In this document: in pieces, positions 60,442 to 64,000 of the stretch
Layout of the letters: every line of letters begins with the position of its first letter
How positions within the stretch are numbered: the stretch's first letter is position 1
NCBI GenBank assembly: GCA_017654855.1
Contig: CM030334.1
Span: forward strand, 372,001 to 436,000
Length of the DNA: 64,000 nt
Direction of reading: 5' to 3'
From: Podospora anserina
Lineage: Eukaryota
Position numbers and translations under genes: made by a program
The notes under the pieces: generated by a model
What the model saw: only the letters and a program-made list of their open reading frames with translations
Databases searched by the model: none
What the model was told of the DNA's origin: nothing

Positions 60442-61759
60442 GCCACAGGTGCATTTCGCGACGATTCCTTGGCATGGCCGCGACATCATTGCACATAGCG
60501 ACATCATTCGACATAGCATCCTGGCTTTACCGATTCTCGACACGTTCATATGCGCAGACCATCTTGGCCTTGGCCTCAACATTGCTCGTCGAGGTTTCTC
60601 TTTGTTTTCGCGGCGTTGGAGATTGATTTGGGCGACATTTGGGGTTGGTTTGGGCAGCGTGGCATTGTTTTATGGTTTTTAGCGGTGGAATTTGGGACAT
60701 GGCGGAAAATAGGGTTCAGGGAAGCAAAAAATGGAGTTCAGGACAGGAAGCAAAAATGGAGTTTTTGCCTTTCAGGAAGAGGGAAGAAATTGGGCGTGCG
60801 GGGGGAAAAGGCGGTATTTAAGGAATCGGAAGGCACCGGTGTCTTTCTCATGGTTATTCAACATGGGCTCGTCCCGGATAACACAAGTTCGGCGGGTTTT
60901 TTATCACTCTGATAGTGATTAGGGCAAATAGAGTCTTGATTTCGGGCAAAACTGCATGCATTCTGAATGTAAAATGTGATAAGACTGTACGAGAGATCTG
61001 AAGCGTAATGAGAAACATGATGTTTGTGACGTGCCCAAAGGTTTCGATGATGTTGTTAGGAACGTACACGTCTATCTGTGATTAGGTACAGATGAGCAAG
61101 ATGTTGAGCTATAATGCACAGGTAGTTTACGGGTTGGGTTTCAGTGTCCAGTCGTTCTAGTATATAGGTAGACACGAGGTCAGGGGTTGAGATTCTGGCA
61201 GTTGGGGCTGCAATAGAAGCATACTTGTAGACAGTCGTCATCAGCTTCTCACAGCCAGCAACTGTCGTCTCTTCCACTTGCTGAAAGTGCCTCATCAAAG
61301 AGATATTCCCGACCTGTCTTCACCAGGCCCACCCGTGTTATCTCCCCCCTAGCTATATCCAGCCAGCCTCGTGACGGTTTTCAGCAAGCGAGTGTGAGTC
61401 CACTTACGACTCTAGGCTTAGTGATCGCCGTTGCCGAGACGCTAGTCAAAATTTTAACAGATCGAGTAATATGCGGTGAGTCTAGAGCCAGAGCCTTATT
61501 GTCTCCCAACCCACCGTCTTCCCTGCCGGGCAGCTTCTGAGGACGTGAGACAAAGGAAACGTGCAATGCTACAGCCCACCGGTACTCCACACGGCACATA
61601 TTGGCGACACACGTTTTCAAAGCCTTGTCCAGCTTTCTTGTTCTCGAGCTCGCTTATAGCTCGAAATTGCCTATCCAAGCCCATCAGCATCAGCATCAGC
61701 ATCAGCAAGCAGCTTGAGGCCTGCCTTCTTTAACATCTTCAAGAACTTAAACCGACAAG

Positions 61760-62746
61760 ATGACTGTCAACGACTCCCAGTTTGAATCTGCCCCTAGCAG
61801 CAATCCTCGGGATGGCCATTCCTTCACCACCACCGCCCCTGCTCATCAAAAGCTTCACCTCAGTCCCCCGAGCGAGGACATGGTTCGCCGTGTGCCCTCC
61901 CGCAATGAGATGAACATCCACCACATCACCGAAGATCTCTCCTCCGCCCCCTCCACCACCTTCACATACTTCACCCCTGACACGGATGAATGCTACATCG
62001 GCAGTCTCCCCCTCCCGTCCTCGTCACTCACACCGTCCCTAATTCTCGAGTCATCCTCCCATCTTGAGCGGATCCCCGACGGTCTCATCTATCCCCTCAT
62101 GCCAGGGAAGCCTCTCATGGCGCTGATTATCGCGCCTGACTCACCCCCGGAGGACTCAGAGACAGGAGCGTACTTCATCCGGCGGCCCAATCTTTTGAAT
62201 TTTGACACCAAAGACAAGGACAGGGCAGAGCAGCAGCAGGCCATGCTCCTCAGGGAGGCTGTTATTCTCCAGCAGTTGGCGCAGCATGGCCATCCAAACA
62301 TGATTCGCTATCACGGCACAAGAACCAGGAGAGGGAGAATCACGGGATTGGTGTTTGACAAGCATCCTTACACCCTGTTGGAGTACCTGGCCGAGGTGAA
62401 GGAGAAGGGCAAAGGAAACGAGATCGAGGTTGAGTCGTTCGTGATGGGGTTGGAGAGTGTGGTGAGCAGGCTGCACCAGCTGGGTCTGGCGCACAACAGT
62501 ATTCGGGCTGAGAACATTGTTGTGGGGAGAGGCGAGGGTGGCGAGGGGGTGAGGGCGGTGCTGGTGGAATTTAGCAAGTGCTTGCCTTTTGGCAAGAAGT
62601 TCAGGACATCGTATGACGGGGAGCTCAAGGTTTCGTCAAAGGAGAACGATCGCCAGGCAGTCAAGGACTTCAGGTCATGGCTGGAAGGGGTGGTTGACCC
62701 CACGCTGATCACCCCTACACAGGACGACCAGCCTGCCAGTAGTTGA
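61760..62746 (+). CDS. Protein kinase-like protein with degenerate catalytic motifs (pseudokinase)
   Basis: FIRRP, LLREA, HPNMIRYHG..RGRITG; LAHNSIRAENI (catalytic-loop Asp replaced by Ser); LVEFSKC (DFG replaced by EFS). Confidence 0.8.
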   Translation: MTVNDSQFESAPSSNPRDGHSFTTTAPAHQKLHLSPPSEDMVRRVPSRNEMNIHHITEDLSSAPSTTFTYFTPDTDECYIGSLPLPSSSLTPSLILESSSHLERIPDGLIYPLMPGKPLMALIIAPDSPPEDSETGAYFIRRPNLLNFDTKDKDRAEQQQAMLLREAVILQQLAQHGHPNMIRYHGTRTRRGRITGLVFDKHPYTLLEYLAEVKEKGKGNEIEVESFVMGLESVVSRLHQLGLAHNSIRAENIVVGRGEGGEGVRAVLVEFSKCLPFGKKFRTSYDGELKVSSKENDRQAVKDFRSWLEGVVDPTLITPTQDDQPASS

Positions 62747-62795
62747 CCCAGACACTTTTGTATCGTGTTAATGACAATCATGTACATGACGTTGC

Positions 62796-63800
62796 TCAAT
62801 CCCGCCCATGTTCCTTCCCATGTCCCTCTCCACGCCGCTCCTCCTTCTTCAACAGCGCCAACGCCTCCACAAGCACACTCCCATCCACCATCTTGGCCAC
62901 ATGCTCCCTACTGCTCGCGGTCCTGTTATCCACCCTGGCAATGTACTTCTCCTCCTCCCCCAGCACATCCACCAGATCCTCCGGGATCCCCCCACTCCAA
63001 TCATGAACCCGCCAAACCTTCTCCAACAACGGCACGCTCACATTCACCGCGGCCGAGACCCTCGCATAGACCTTCTCCGGCTCCTCCTCAAACACCCTCT
63101 GCGCCTTGATCAGATTCTTCAAGAACACCACAATCTCTTTCCTTTTCTTCTTGTCCGCCAGCTTCTCTTTGGTAGAGTGTAAGTTGTAAATCTCGCGGTA
63201 CACCTTTCTGTCCTGGAAGACCACCGTCTGCCCCGCGGGGAGCGCGTCGATGCCCAATTGGAGGGTGGGTTCCCAGATGCCAAACGCGTCAACCTCTCCT
63301 CTTGCCAGCATGTCAGGGAAGGTCCTGTTTCCGCAGGGCGCCTCGTGGCAGATATTGCCGGCGATGGTTTGGTAATCCCCGTATTCGAGACCGACGGTTT
63401 TGAGGAGCTGCTCGACAAAGTAACCCGCCGAGGTGCCGTTGATAGTGCCAACTCGCTTCCCCTTGAGATCGGAAAGAGAGGAAATACCGGCTGCGCGGTT
63501 GGCTACCAGGCGGTAGGGGACCTCGGCAATGTTCCAGATGATCCGGAGGGAGGTGTTATTTGCGTAATTGCGGAGGGCTTGGGTTTCGGCGTTGGCGCCG
63601 AGGTCGATAGAGCTGTTGCGGACGAGGGGCGCGACTCCGCCGTTGACGAAAATTGCGGAGGAGTTGTAGTAATCTTCGGAGGTGGTAAGGAGAGGGACGT
63701 ATTCGATGACGTTGAGAGCGGCCGAGATGGTGAGAACAGCTGCTGCAGGAACTGTGAGCAGGCCCAAAAGGGGCAGAAGAAAGGAAAGGCGTGCCATCAT
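62796..63800 (-). CDS. Secreted NMT1/SsuA/TauA-like type II periplasmic solute-binding protein
   Basis: Signal peptide from ATG 63800. GISSLSDLKGKRVGT..GTS and LARGEVDAFGIWEP motifs typical of bacterial sulfonate/nitrate ABC binding proteins. Intronless. Confidence 0.85.
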   Translation of the reverse strand: MMARLSFLLPLLGLLTVPAAAVLTISAALNVIEYVPLLTTSEDYYNSSAIFVNGGVAPLVRNSSIDLGANAETQALRNYANNTSLRIIWNIAEVPYRLVANRAAGISSLSDLKGKRVGTINGTSAGYFVEQLLKTVGLEYGDYQTIAGNICHEAPCGNRTFPDMLARGEVDAFGIWEPTLQLGIDALPAGQTVVFQDRKVYREIYNLHSTKEKLADKKKRKEIVVFLKNLIKAQRVFEEEPEKVYARVSAAVNVSVPLLEKVWRVHDWSGGIPEDLVDVLGEEEKYIARVDNRTASSREHVAKMVDGSVLVEALALLKKEERRGEGHGKEHGRD

Positions 63801-64000
63801 GACGGGGAGGCCGGGAATGGCAGACAGATGTGAGGAAACGGTCTCCGAGATGAGGTCAGGCGGGTGGTTATGTACTGCTCGGGCCGCTCGCTGTCTTCCA
63901 CGGACGAGCAACGGACGACAGATATTACCAGCATCAAGGACCGCCTCGGCTTCCGGTATAGCTTCCTCTTACAGCCAGTAGCATCTCACCACCCACAACG

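Noticed and set aside
60721-60766. Short imperfect duplication GAAGCAAAAA(A)TGGAGTT
   Set aside because: Only two copies in a probable 3' UTR; no evidence of function.
1-64000. Starship captain, transposase, reverse transcriptase, Spok-type genes, secondary-metabolite backbone enzymes, tRNA/rRNA
   Set aside because: No diagnostic motifs recognised by eye. Small RNA genes could be missed without a covariance-model search.

Overview
Eukaryotic DNA from a filamentous ascomycete. Evidence: short GT-AG introns with CTAAC/CTGAC branch sites, and a Sordariomycete-type gene set (HET domain, PTH11-like receptor, SesB-like hydrolase). It looks Podospora/Sordariales-like, but the organism cannot be proven from this window. 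Three conserved housekeeping genes (OM14-like, MIA40, SFH1) sit among about 30 accessory genes. The accessory set covers non-self recognition, defence and ubiquitin functions (HET, SesB-hydrolase-TPR, Mx-like dynamin, RBR/RING/F-box proteins, a 7-bladed PLL-type lectin, small secreted Cys-rich proteins), secreted enzymes, a DRB0094/Rnl2-type RNA ligase, a pseudokinase and a bacterial-type solute-binding protein. About ten accessory genes carry frameshifts or stops, while the core genes are intact. The most striking signals are two UAG codons that look like substrates for the sexual-stage A-to-I mRNA editing known in Sordariomycetes. One is a single TAG exactly at a conserved Trp of an otherwise intact lectin gene (candidate restorative editing). 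The other is the SFH1 TAG stop, which is followed in frame by 189 further sense codons (candidate stop-loss editing). No transposase, reverse transcriptase, rRNA, tRNA or CRISPR array was recognised. Family calls come from motif recognition by eye, not from database searches.
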